A DNA stretch of 64,000 nucleotides from Tubiluchus corallicola (lineage: Eukaryota; Animalia; Priapulida), in NCBI GenBank assembly GCA_030141605.1, contig JAQGDQ010000003.1, forward strand, positions 2,170,001-2,234,000, read 5' to 3'. Both the position numbers and the translations under genes were made by a program. Under the pieces are notes generated by a model. The model searched no databases. It worked only from the letters and a program-made list of their open reading frames with translations, and was not told where the DNA came from. Shown here one piece after another: positions 1-12,411 of the stretch; the first letter of the stretch is position 1; each line of letters opens with the position of its first letter.

Positions 1-1270
1 CTTCGGCAGTTTGAAAAAAAAACTAAAATGAAGCAAATTTTTGCTCAATTTGCCAGCATTAATAATTTGCTTAATCGCTTGCTCACAAGTCTTGACCAAT
101 GCCATCAGCCTTGGCAATGAGTTGGAAAAATATTGATGTAGTTTTTTTGACCTCACTGTAAAACGTACCAACAATCACAATGGAATCAATGTGACAGTCG
201 TTTGTGAAGGCTGTGCTACTTGAGCGCTTAGAAACATAATCCAGGCTGATTGGCAAGGTGTCAAACTACTAGTTAGACCTGTTGTACAATAAGCATAGAT
301 TTCATTCACATTTTTTGCATTTTAATTTCCTGCTTTATTGTGCAAATTATAACTTTCTCATCCTTTGTGATGCCTCGTAGGGACTGTTTATAGTGGTTTT
401 ACTTATGGCATCAATGATCGCAGCTTAATGAAAGTGAAACTAAGGAAAAACATTGTAAAATGAATAGCTCAACCATAAAAAATGTTATTTATTTACAAGA
501 AAAATTGTATTGTTATCACCAATGTTTACATCGTATTTTTTTGTTTCTACTTTTAAGCTGATATTTATGCTGTTATTTTACTGTGTGGCAAAAAAATAAA
601 GTTTCCTGTTAATTGTTGTGAAGCTTGGTTTCTGTTAATTTCAAATTGGTCTTCTATTTATAACATATGGTTGAATTTAATATCATGTACACAAAAATAA
701 TAATTATGCAAACCAACATTACATAAAAATATTACTAACCTTTGGCTTTTAACGAATAGATGTTTAAGTATTGACATAACTGAACTACACAATAAGTGTA
801 ATAATTGACAGATGTAGTGTAACAACAGTCAATGACTGGTATCTTCTAAACTGTTTTGCTCAAATCTTTCAGCACTTACGATATGGGGTTCTTTGTTTTA
901 ACAAGAAAAGATTAATCTGTTAACTGTATGCCTAACCTGAGCCTAAAGTGGCTGGTTCTAATCGGATATACCCACATCACTGTGTCCTGGACGACCATAT
1001 AAGCATTGTCTATATCAGCCGCCTCATACCTTTTGCCTATAGAATCATGCAAGCTCATATATATGCACATACAACAGTTAATAAAGACAGCTGATAACCT
1101 TAGCATACTGCGTTGCAGTGGTGCTGTCTGATGAACATTTGCAGCATGCACTGTTGATAACCTCATAGTCGACATTTTTTGTAGTGTGATTATTGATAGC
1201 AGGGCCTACTTAATGAAGCTAATGTGGATCATTATGGCACAACTGGAATCTGGCTTATTACTAAGATTAA

Positions 1271-1462
1271 TCCTCTGAGCATGAGCAAACCATTTTTGGT
1301 AAAACGGAGTAACAGTCATTACTGTAAGTTTGTTAAAATGGTTACGTAACAGCCCTACCACACTGCTCCTCTGAGCATGAGCAAACCATTTTTGGTAAAA
1401 CGGAGTAACAGTCATTACTGTAAGTTTGTTAAAATGGTTACGTAACAGCCCTACCACACTGC
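1271..1462. repeat. Perfect 96-bp tandem duplication (2 copies)
   Basis: 1271-1366 is identical to 1367-1462; the unit end TAACAGCCCTACCACAC recurs at 1600-1616. Confidence 0.95.
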
Positions 1463-2709
1463 AAAGCAATATCGCACTATAACTATTATTGATAAAGAAA
1501 TTGAAAATTGCAAATTGACACTAACTCTCATAAGCTTCTGCCTCGTTCTGGGTAACTGACAGGAAAAAAAACATATCCATTATCTACCCTATTTTAGTTT
1601 AACAGCCCTACCACACCGTTTCTGTCATGAATTTCCCATCTTACAAATATTCAGTAATTTTTTGGTGAAAACCAGTAACAGCGTTTGGATCTCTTTTAGC
1701 TAGACAATCACAAGTGAAATATTTTATAGATAAAGTCAATTACGATGCTTATAACTTCAACACTAAATTTATAATTTCTCACTACAAATTAGGTCTTGTG
1801 TAAAAGTGCCATGATTAAGTCAAGGGTAAAAAATGTTGATGTGCGATCATTAGCGCACAGATGTAAGCTAACGTGAAGAAAACTTTTTTGACTGCCTGCC
1901 TGTGAAAATTTTAAAAAACTGAATTACTGAGTTTTAACATAAAATGTTAGTGCAGCAGTGCCTTATCCACATTCAGATGTGAGTAAACCCACATCATCCC
2001 TCAATAAGGCAAACAACCAAAACCAGTATGGTGTTTGAAACAGCACAGAGACATTGTTCATCTCTGCAGTCATTCATCCATTTTCTGACCAACCTCGATG
2101 TTGCTTATTTTTGGTTGCTAAGAAGGTACTGGGGCCACAAAAACAGGTAAATATCACTGTATTTGGGAAAGCTCTTCCAGTATTAACTTGTCTCAAAACT
2201 GTCAAAATCTGGAACACATCCTTAATTTCAAGTATCTCTTACAAAAAGAAATCAGCAAAATTGCATAATATTCTTCTACTTGTTTCAGTCACTAATTTAC
2301 GGCAATCCTCGAGAAAACAAGACAAGAAGTTACTACATTGTATGGTGGTGTTAGTCCAACAGACAATGGAGACAATCAATCGAGTTGAATCAACGAACCT
2401 AATTTTTTTCAAGTTTACTTCCGCAGAAAGTATTCAAAACTGCCAAATTGTGCACACTCATAATAAATTCATATCAAAAAACTTTATAACCATACACTAC
2501 CTAAAACTTCTAGAAATAACTTTTGAGAATGAGAGCAAACTTCAGATTCCCGATGCAAATTATAAGCTTGTGACTAGAAAAGATACACACTATGCAAAAA
2601 TTAACAGCAGATGTAAGAAGAGTGCACATATAGAAAAGCAGCCAACTGTCTTAGAAATGTCTGCAGACAGCAATACCCATCCCACAAAAAATGCTCCTAG
2701 CTTTTAACA

Positions 2710-5700
2710 TCAATTTCTATGAGCTTCTCTTTCTGAGACTGTTCCATCCGTATTTCCAAAGTACGCCTTGTTTGCCATCCCAACAAATAAGCCTGTCTCA
2801 ATAACACCTGCAACAAAAAATCAAAGTTTAACAAACTAAAGCGCGACTTCATGGGAAACTAAAGCATTGCATGACTAACGACAAAATCCCCATAGCTGTA
2901 GAAGATAACTGTCCACTAATTACCAATCAAATCATTCATTATTTTGTAAAATAATGACATTGTGGTAATAGTCTATAATGTGTGCATGCTCAAACTTATG
3001 GAATTTATATATATTACTATGTATACAGATTTATACATATAAATTAAAATTTAGTTACCAGGAATCATTTTAATTTGTTGATTAATTTCTTTCCATTTTT
3101 CAGGTTTCTCAAACATCCAGTCGATAACGAATCCTCCATTGTCAGTCACAACAGGACCCTAGAACAGATAAGAAATGAGTATCATTAGATTGCAAAATCA
3201 ATTGGCAAAATTAACAAGAGCATTTAATATACACTACAGCATGACGAAAGATATGGATGGGTTCATCTGCCTTTGGCTGTTTCTTTTGTTGGAGATTCCT
3301 CTAAAAAGCTAGATTCACATTGGGCTAGGCTTTGCTGCTGGGTGCTAAACTGGAATTTGAGTATAAATAAGGCAATGAAAAAATATTTATTTATTATCAT
3401 TATGTATTTATTTTATTATTATTTATTTAAAAACTTTCACACAACTTCCAGAAACTTTCTACCTTATATATGATATTAAATAGTACATTATTAAAATAAT
3501 TCTCGTAAACCCAAATTTGCTCAGAAAGCTCTCATAGTATCACAAAAGAAATTCTTTACACACTTTCACTGAAATCGATTATCAAAAATAATTGTGGTGC
3601 TATGATATAGTCAAGCCTCTTCATACCGCCTACTCTGGGACTCCAAAAAAGTTGACATTTAGGTGAGTTTGGCATTATTAAGAGGTGCATTAACGCACAT
3701 GCTGATGCAAATATAGACATTTTGTTTTGCTAAAAATTTGGGCATTAAGCAAGGTTAGCATTATAAAGGGGGGGGGGGGGGTTATAAGGATGTTTAACTC
3801 TGTAGCCTTCTAAGTAAATTTATGTTTAGAAGAATTATTAGTAACATACGTTGTATTTTATTGTCAATTTTAAAGACAATCGAAATAACCCACGATATGG
3901 AGTCGAAACGTTGTAAAAGTTGTGTGAAGTTTACTTACTGTGTCAAAAAATCAGCATCGTATAACTCTACAAAAGATAGTTACTTACGGCTTTATTCTTT
4001 GCCATTCGCAAAGCAGCAGTACCACCAAAGTGTTTCAGCTTGTGCATAACTAAAGCATAAGACATTGGTACTACTTCTATAGGAATGCCTTTTTTCCACT
4101 GTTCTCCTAGTACTTTAGAATCCTTTCTAAAAAATATGAATTTCAAAAATTGCCTCACAGCAGTTTTCAGCTCTCAACAAAGGACAATAAACACTTCAGT
4201 GGATAAATTTCTGGTTGACCAATCATAGAGTGAAAACAGAAGAATAAAGCTCTTAATTTCTTACACAAATCTTCCTGATTTGTTCCTAGCAATAGTGTGT
4301 ATGCATATACATAACGTTTGCACCTGTGATCAGCCACTACTACAAAATATTTGGCTGCTGAAGCAACAATTTTTTCCTGAGTTTGGCACCCTCCACCTCC
4401 CTTGATCAATGTCAAATCAGCATCAGCTTCATCTGCACCATCAATTGCAACATCTAGCTGTAAAAAGTTACCGTAACCATAAGTACCCGCTAAAAAACTA
4501 ACAGGCATAATGCAGGTCAATATTAAGCATTTACATGAAATACATTTTCAGTTTTTTTGTTTTTGTCTATAAAGGTTAAAAGTACTCTCTGTGCCACTGC
4601 TGGCTCAAATGGAGATACTTTGGTACTGCAGTACGCTTCACAGGGTAATGTACAGAGTATTTAATACTAATACCAAAAATCCTTAAACTTAATGTCAATC
4701 GTTATCCTCTCATTCCTTTGGCAGTGCTTCATAGCAGACACCCTGATATTGGCACTCTAGCATAGAGCTGCCACCCGGGAAATAACAAAAAGCCCTGTAG
4801 ATGGAAGTTCTACTTCACAGTTTCAAAGACTAGGCACTTGCTTTGTTGCAAAGACATCCCGCACTTACACATATCCTCAAGGTAACACACATAATTACCA
4901 TATTGGCACTACTCTACATGTTGCATAGAGTCTACATTGTTTAAGAGCCCCAACATACACTTCAAATAAATTAAGATCATATTTCAAGACTATTACACAC
5001 TTACATGCGGTGTTCGCTCTAGGTCTGAAAGATTTAATCCATGGTTAATTATAAGTTGTCTTGCTTGAAAAGAAGTAGGTACACAGCACACATTAAGTCC
5101 TTCACTTTGTATTCTTTGAGCTACAATATAAACAACTTGTGTTAATAACTGACAATCATTCATGTGATTCAATTAACCTGACATGAAAATTAACAAGGAA
5201 ATTTACATCATAATATCCTTTTGTTCTTTCTTTACAAATTTTCTCCAATTCTTAAGGCTTAACAACTAATGTATTAATCACTTTGACACTTGTTACTTTA
5301 CAAATGTTGGCTTTCCTGCCAAAACTTCAAAGCAACACCAAATCAAAGAAGTTTCACTAATACTTTTAACAATTTACGGAAGTTCAGGCTAAAAGTGACT
5401 GATAAACCACTGCAAGTGCACCAATTGGATAGAGCTTTAACAAATATTATTTTGTGCCCTTGCAGAATAGAAATTATTATCACTAAGTGTCGGGATGCAA
5501 TGAAAGTATTGAAAAAAATTTTTTTGCTTAGCCAGGACTTGAACTTAGAGCATCTGCTTATAAGGAAATATGCATGCTGTCACAATACACCAAATCAAGG
5601 AGCTTCAAAAGTTCAATGTAATTCAGGCTAAAGGTGGCTGACAAAGCATTACAAGAACATTGGTTAGATATAATAATTCTGTAACCAATATTGTTTTAAG

Positions 5701-8700
5701 CTTTGTAAAATAGAAACTATCCCTAAGTGTTGGAACATAAAGAAAGTCATAAAAATTCTTTTCTCGTTTAGGCAGGATTTGAACCTGAGACCAACTAGTT
5801 AGCAGAAAATATGTGCACTACAAAAGTACTAACAAGTGCACTTTTTCATTTTGTGGCAAGTGTGTTTCTCAGCACTGAATTATGCCTAAGCCACTATGCA
5901 CAATTATAGACAATGCTGAGTATGCTCGAGTCTAATTCAAGCATTTTTTGCTGGCTCGAATTCGATTTCGGCTCCAACATAAAGAATAGAAACACTCACA
6001 ACACAACTCCGACACGCATGTTAACAATTTGAAAATGATTGTCAAAAATAAGAATACTAAACTATGAAGTTAAACTATTAGCAGACTTGAACTTGAAAAA
6101 ATATGAAGACTTGAAATTCAACTCGAACTCCTCGCATCGATGATTCAGATTTGACTCAGACTCATAGTCACGAGTCTAGACTCGACAAAACTCGGAATTA
6201 TCAAACTCAAGATATGACTTGGATTCACCTTCAAAGACGTGACTTCAGCACTGATTACAGGAAGGCTCAGATAACCATGATGCAGCACAAATTGTGCTAC
6301 TCTTGTATCACTTACTAAAGAAATTCCAAAACATTACATTTTCTATAGCTCTGCTCTTTTTCCAATTTAATCAAATTAAAAAATTGTTTCTAATAAGGCT
6401 ATACACACGAGTTTCAAAACTTGCGATCATCTTCCACACGAGTGAATCAGTACACAAGTAGAGTGGCTGCTTATTTGTGATTTTGATTGTGGCTTCTAGT
6501 GGTCATTAGTTATTTGATTAGGTCGCTGTCAGTTTTTGCTGGTGTCTCATTACAAATTATGATTATTTGTGCACTGATTCATCTTGGTCGACTCAAAACG
6601 GATGACTCAAACAGGTTAGAAACAAGTTAGTGCAACTTGTTTCTAACCTGTTTGAGTCATCCGTTTTGTAGATTTGTAAAGTTGTCATTTGTCTGCCTGT
6701 TGGTATATCAGGAAAAGCTATCAGGACAAGCTAACCATGTTATTGTTGATATTTGTTTAGCTTTTGGTAGCACTTTTTACATAGATATATTATAATTTTA
6801 TATACATATTATACATATGTAGTCGTCTAGCATTTTCATATTTTGGCCTTTTGCAATTTGATTTGATTTTGGGTATAAATGAATTATAACCAGACCTACA
6901 GTCTAGCTAATCTATGTGTCATTTAATATAAAATCACAGTGTAATTATTAAAAATTAAACTTTCAAAAATCACAGAATTATTTACTTTGCAAAGCAAGAC
7001 AGTTTATTTTTAGAAAAACTCATGATGACTAGTGATAACTCAAATTTTTTCCCCGCTTTGTTATAGTCAAGGCAGTACTGGCTGAAAATCCACATTCTTC
7101 ACCTGTCTGTATGTTTTTTATACTGCTTTCAATTTTATGAATTACTTCTCTGTTTATTTATAATAAACAGGCATTTCATTCCCATGATTCTGACTAAGTT
7201 ACGTTACAATTACATCACCGCAGGTTGCTGCAGATTCACTAGCCACTATGAGGAGCTTTGCTACAGTGCACACAGTTACTTTTTGCCCTTCGAGAATGGT
7301 GTCCATTTGCCAATTGTTTGAGAACTTGTGCTATTTTATATAGAGGGGAAGTACAATCATGGGGCTGTAATTTCTGTCATAATAATCAAAAACTCATGAT
7401 GTCGGAGATTACTATAAGCAAGGTTTAATTGCATTTTTAAGCCTAAGATTTGAGGGCACTTTGAATAAGCAGAGGCTTGTTATAACAGGCCTCATTACAA
7501 GTGAATTATACTGTAATAAATTAGAGCTTGTAGCTTTTGATGATTATAATAGTGTAGACAAATGATGGATATGATGGTGATAAAGTTTACGTGACACAAC
7601 ATATGATAATGATGAAAATGATCATTATGATGACCATTACGATTATGAAGATGATATTAGTAATACCCACTTAGTAATACAAAGGCACTGACCTACCTAA
7701 TCTTTGCACTGCATACACTATAGTAGAACCACTTCCAATTCCAAGTACCTGGTTATTCTGAAAGCAAAATTTATAAATCTTCAATATTTAACTACGTATT
7801 ACACAAAGTATTTATTAAATCAGATTTAATCAGAAAAGTCTTCGCTAATCTTCAGCTGCATTGATAGAACAATCATTCTAAATTAGTTTAAAATGCAACA
7901 TTACCATGGGTGTTGAAAAGACCCTTATGAATCAGGGTGTAAATCATTTCACAAAATCGAATACGTAAACTTATACATGCATAACTTTCCACTTTACTTT
8001 TTACGATTACTACATTTGAGTCTGTTAATATGGAAAGCCTAGAGGTTTTATTAATAAGATTTAGTAAATTATTAATAAGAATAAAATTTAGATTTTCTTT
8101 TATCAGTAACCGTGTGCATGTCCTCAATTATTCCCAGATTACAAGGTCATGAGTGGGCAATCAGGTTTGGTACGATTGCTCCTGATGTAGCATACAAAAC
8201 TAATGATGTTTACTGCAATGTCGAAAAAGAAGAAAAAAATTAGACAGCTATTGTTAAATTTTGCAACATCGTACAATTACTCAAGATGTTTGGAACATAA
8301 GTAGTATGTAAAATGCAAAATTATTTAGACAATTAACTCAACATGTGAAGTATTCTAGTACAATATGAAATGAGTTTGCATAATATTATGCATCTATTCA
8401 TTCACGAAATGGGCTGTAAGACGCAAAAAATCTTGTTAAAATACGTCATTTTTGCGTTTTTGCTATGTAACATAAGTTAAAAACAGAATTCACCAATTTT
8501 ATATATTTCTAAGTTGTGCTTCCTTGCTAGTCTTCAATGATCGCTACAATAAACCAATTACTAAAATCAAATCTACGTTATTGTTACTATACTATAGCCT
8601 AACTAGTAGTAATGGTTAAAGAACGGTAAAGAAACTTACAGTAACATGACTGTCGACTGCCTTATAAGCAGCATACTGTTTCGCTGTTTCAACTGCATCC

Positions 8701-8804
8701 ATTAGTTTTCTTTGTGAAGCAAAATTAATTTTTAAAGACAACGAAATTTCGTTCGAAGTTAAACTAATATTTTTAGCGCTGAAAGGGCGCAGCCACATTA
8801 CCAT
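2710..8804 (-). CDS. RPIA: Ribose-5-phosphate isomerase A, 7 coding exons, 270 aa
   Basis: Exons (minus): 8804-8640, 7757-7697, 5120-5005, 4457-4324, 4126-3988, 3158-3059, 2807-2710. All introns GT-AG with compatible phases; 813 nt in total. Motifs [74 protein letters not shown]; TGA stop at 2712-2710. Confidence 0.96.
3606..3804. mobile_element. Degenerate Tc1/mariner-type MITE in RPIA intron
   Basis: Left end TATAGTCAAGCCTC and right end GATGTTTAACTCTGTA resemble TA-CAGTCAAACCTC...GAGGTTTGACTG-TA inverted termini; internal poly-G run near 3768-3781. Confidence 0.4.
5381..5835 (-). mobile_element. Two diverged tandem units of about 240 bp, each with a tRNA-like B-box (SINE-like relics)
   Basis: Units start TTCAGGCTAAA near 5383 and 5622 and align along their length. 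Each has a minus-strand GTTCAA(G/A)TCC B-box (plus-strand GGACTTGAAC near 5535, GGATTTGAAC near 5775). Confidence 0.5.
5911..6253. mobile_element. hAT-like non-autonomous element (MITE) with internal GACTCGA-type repeats
   Basis: Termini CAATGCTGA...TCAGCACTG are inverted; flanking 8-mers ATTATAGA (5903-5910) and ATTACAGG (6254-6261) match 6/8; many ACTCGA/GACTTG motifs inside. Confidence 0.6.
6594..6668. repeat. Perfect 35-bp inverted repeat with 5-nt loop
   Basis: CAAAACGGATGACTCAAACAGGTTAGAAACAAGTT (6594-6628), loop AGTGC, exact reverse complement at 6634-6668. Confidence 0.95.
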
Positions 8805-9452
8805 TCCGCACGCAAGGTTAATATTTTCGAATAAATTTGTTTGCCAATGGTTACGACCGCTCCTCTAAAGGGCACGCCTGGTAGACTAGTACGAGTCCCA
8901 TTTTAGAAGCAAAAAGGCAAGACCTGATTTGGAGAACAGAGACAAGAATAGCATTAAATTTAGTTAACATTATTTGAGCTGTTCTGACTTCACAATTATT
9001 AATAACCTGAGTCGGGCCTGGGGTCTAGTAGCTGCAATTGAAAATTGAATCAGTTATTATTAATATCTTGCCTCATGCTACTTTATGTTGTCACAATTAT
9101 TATTTATCATTTAAATGGCTTCAATCGTGAACCTGTCAACCTGAAGCAAATTTTTAGCTTGTCAGGGAACCACTTTTATTAATCGTGTTGAGAAATTGAT
9201 TATCTCATTAGCTGTCTTGATTCTCATTAACCAGAATTCATCTAGCCACTAGGAATAGACCATTAATCACAATAATTTCTTATTATAGACGTACTACTCA
9301 CATTTGTGAGCTTATGAGTGTATATTTATGATTGTATTTTTGTTTACTAAGTTTTGCAGAAACTGGAACCAGACACTCCACTACACAGCAGTATTTTAGT
9401 TAAAATTAAGTGCCACCTTTTTAACGATTCAAAGTATTACTTTTTAAGTAAC

Positions 9453-10890
9453 AGATATAGATATAGATATAAATATAGATAATTTATTTCCCATACATGG
9501 TTGAGCGCAGTAATAGCATAAAAGAACTAATGGAAACAAAGCGAGGGCAACGTACGACCATGGGGTCCTTTACACGTTGCCCTCATTTTAAAGATTAATG
9601 AATTTGCAGTGGTTGCAAAATGACATTTTAAAATATTACATTATATATTTCAAATGTGTGCTTAATGTTTTAGTATTGCATTAATTATTGCAATGTATAT
9701 TTCGAATGAACGATTTCGTACTGTCTACTAATATAATATAATTCATAACTCCTGTTGTTTCTTTCTTAAACTTGGGTGATTTTGTGAAAGTATTTCCAGA
9801 ATATGAGGGTTAAGTATAGAAGCAACTAAGCTGAAGCACACGTGCAGAAGAAACACTCAATGTTTTTAGACAAAGTTCAAAAAAAGTATTGTAACAGTCG
9901 TTGTAAAAAGATGTAAGTGAAGGAAAGAAAACTGGCAAAAGAATGAAGCAAAATAAATTAGATGCACACTTTAAACTGGTTTTATGAGCCCACATATTTT
10001 GAAATTAAGTAAAAACGATATTTTTTGATGCGGTTTGAAGGGACCAATTAACTGATATATGACTAGGGAGGTTCTTCCACAACTCGACCCCATTATGTTG
10101 CGAACTGTTAAGGCCATGCTGGGTATTAAAGCGAGGCTGAAAGAAATGTCCTTCTTTTACGGATCTTGTGTAATAAGAATGAATATTATATATTTTTAAG
10201 AAATAGTTTTTATAAAAACTAGACAACATGTCATTGTTAAGTCTAAACACGAATTTAAATAATTCTAAATAACAGATATCTTGCAGCTTTAAAAGTTTCA
10301 GTTGAAAGTACGAGGGTATTTCATGGGCTTGATAGTTACTAAATGTAATCAGTTTAACTATTCTATTTTGTACAATAATCAATGGCTGCAAGATGTAGTG
10401 ATTAGCTTTTCCCCGTGTCAACACCAATACTGCAAGTAGGGATATACTAGGGCATAGTAAGACATTCTAAGGATGAGTGTTATTAATGTAATAACGCAAT
10501 TTGGCAAATATGCCAGCAGTTTTGTTTAACTGCGTTGTTATGGAATTAATGTGTGATCGGCACGTCATATAATTATCAATTTCAAGCCCAATGTATTTGA
10601 CACAATTTTCCTGTGCTAAATTATGATTACCTATCCTTACATCAAACTCATTTCTTTCAGCATGTGATATATTTACCAGTCAACATAAATTTAGTTTTAC
10701 TGAAGTTAACAAATAGTTTGTTTGATAGTGTTAGTTTTTGCTAATTCGTTATTGACACGGTTTTGGAGTTGATGTAAATTGCTGCCATATGGGAAAAAAC
10801 TTGTGTCATCTGCAAAGAGGCGAGTGTTTAAATTGTATGAAAGAGGTAAGTGGTTTATATAAATAAGGAACAGTTTCAGGATGCAATTCG
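9453..10890 (-). mobile_element. 5'-truncated, decayed L2/CR1-group LINE (RT C-terminal half plus 3' UTR)
   Basis: RT remnants LFLIYINHLP...TRLFADDTSFF and IIVQNRIVKLITFS...HSYYTR...GVELWKNLP, with stops and frameshifts. 3' end is AATAAA followed by a (TATATC)n tail at about 9488-9453 on the minus strand. Confidence 0.85.
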
Positions 10891-11763
10891 TTTCGGTAAT
10901 ATCAGGACTTCGTAAGTCATTATTTAATTTTTCCATTACCAGTTTCTGTGTAATCCTTGTAAAGATGTGTTGTACACGCATTTGAACACATATTAGTTTC
11001 TTCACTTTCTTGTTTTATTATTTTACTAACTTAGTCAATAAATATTTACCTTATTAAGAAATACTGTGAAATTTCCTCAAATGGTTCAGAAACGATCGAA
11101 AGCATCCACTCATTCGTCGGCTTTTTTTACCACAAAGCCACATTTGATATCTTGTTGTTGGGTGAGAGGCTTAGTGTGGTTTGTTTCCTTAATTCGATCG
11201 ATATAATTTGGTTTGCAAGGGTGGGACGTAAAATACTGAAAACAATTGTGTGCACTAAAGCTGGTTATATTTCTTTTTATTATCAACAGTCCTGAATTAT
11301 TATTCATCCAACTTTATGTGCACATTTTTAGCTGGACGTATTCCTTTTCATTATTAACAAATACACATCCATCTATTATCTTGATGGAAAACTGCTGTTC
11401 ACGCAAAATACACGTCGCATTATGCTTTGTTCGTACGTCTGCATTCATCATCAAGTATAATTATTTACTTTTCTACTAATTAGATTGTCAGGATTACTAG
11501 CTATTATTATTGTTAATAATGTTATTCTTGTCATTATCAAAGTCACTATACGGTCATTTTTGTTAATGTTGCTATTCTTGATCTTCTGTTCTGTGTTGCG
11601 CTGCTCTGCCTTGCCCTGCCGGATAATAGCCTGTGATAAGGTCCTGAAATATCATTAGTCTTAAGTGAGTGAGTGAGCAGCTATTTAATAAATGGGTGCA
11701 ATGAGTTAATCAACCATTCTTATATACACAATGTTGCGAAAATCATTTATTTTATAAAAAAGA

Positions 11764-12411
11764 TTATGAGATCCCTTCAAATGGTTCAGGAACGAACAGG
11801 TCACCCATTTGTTCTGCTTCTTTTACTGAACACAGCCATTTTGATATTTTGTTGCCAAGTTCTTCCTGTGGCTTATTCTCCTGCTCTAAAATCAACATCT
11901 GCAGTTTGAAAGCGATTTCACGGTGTTTTCGCCCGTCTTCCAGAGGAGCATAAAATGTTGGAAGCATCGTGGTGTACATTGGCCGATGAATATATTTCTT
12001 TTCATTCTGAGCCGTTACTTGTGTCAAGCCTACGTTTTGATCACGACATTGCTGTCCACGCAAATCATTACTTAGATTTCTTATATTTTCTCCATCATCG
12101 ATATCATCATCATATTCTTCTTCTGTCATATCATCCTCACTGTCAGACGACATGTTCCGACTGCTACCACCACCAAAGACTCCGCGAACTGTATTTTTGT
12201 CGTGCTCAACAGACGTACCATGACTACAGCCAGATGAATGAGTTTTAGAGCTATTCTCCCTTTTGCGAATCTCAGGTGGGGCAGATGAGTTCCGAATCTC
12301 TTGCCAAAAGGGCACAGTTAGTTTAAGCCCACAACGAACAGAAGGTCTCACCGAACCACTTACTACACTTTTTGAATCAAAGACTTCATTACCAAAGTTT
12401 GAATCTGACAT
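11764..12411 (-). CDS. Uncharacterised 215-aa protein, single coding exon, Ser/Gly-rich and acidic
   Basis: Uninterrupted 648-nt ATG-TAA ORF, visibly more GC-rich than its flanks, with an in-frame stop 5 codons upstream and a plausible 5'-UTR acceptor (TTTTTCATAG ending at 12451). No recognised family or transposon motif. Confidence 0.6.
   Translation of the reverse strand: MSDSNFGNEVFDSKSVVSGSVRPSVRCGLKLTVPFWQEIRNSSAPPEIRKRENSSKTHSSGCSHGTSVEHDKNTVRGVFGGGSSRNMSSDSEDDMTEEEYDDDIDDGENIRNLSNDLRGQQCRDQNVGLTQVTAQNEKKYIHRPMYTTMLPTFYAPLEDGRKHREIAFKLQMLILEQENKPQEELGNKISKWLCSVKEAEQMGDLFVPEPFEGIS

Noticed and set aside
1206-1469. ORF with an internally repeated peptide
   Set aside because: Produced by the 96-bp DNA duplication (a multiple of 3); no coding evidence.
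2054-2707. 217-aa plus-strand ORF
   Set aside because: Non-ATG start, no recognisable motif, antisense to the RPIA 3' UTR; likely a chance ORF.
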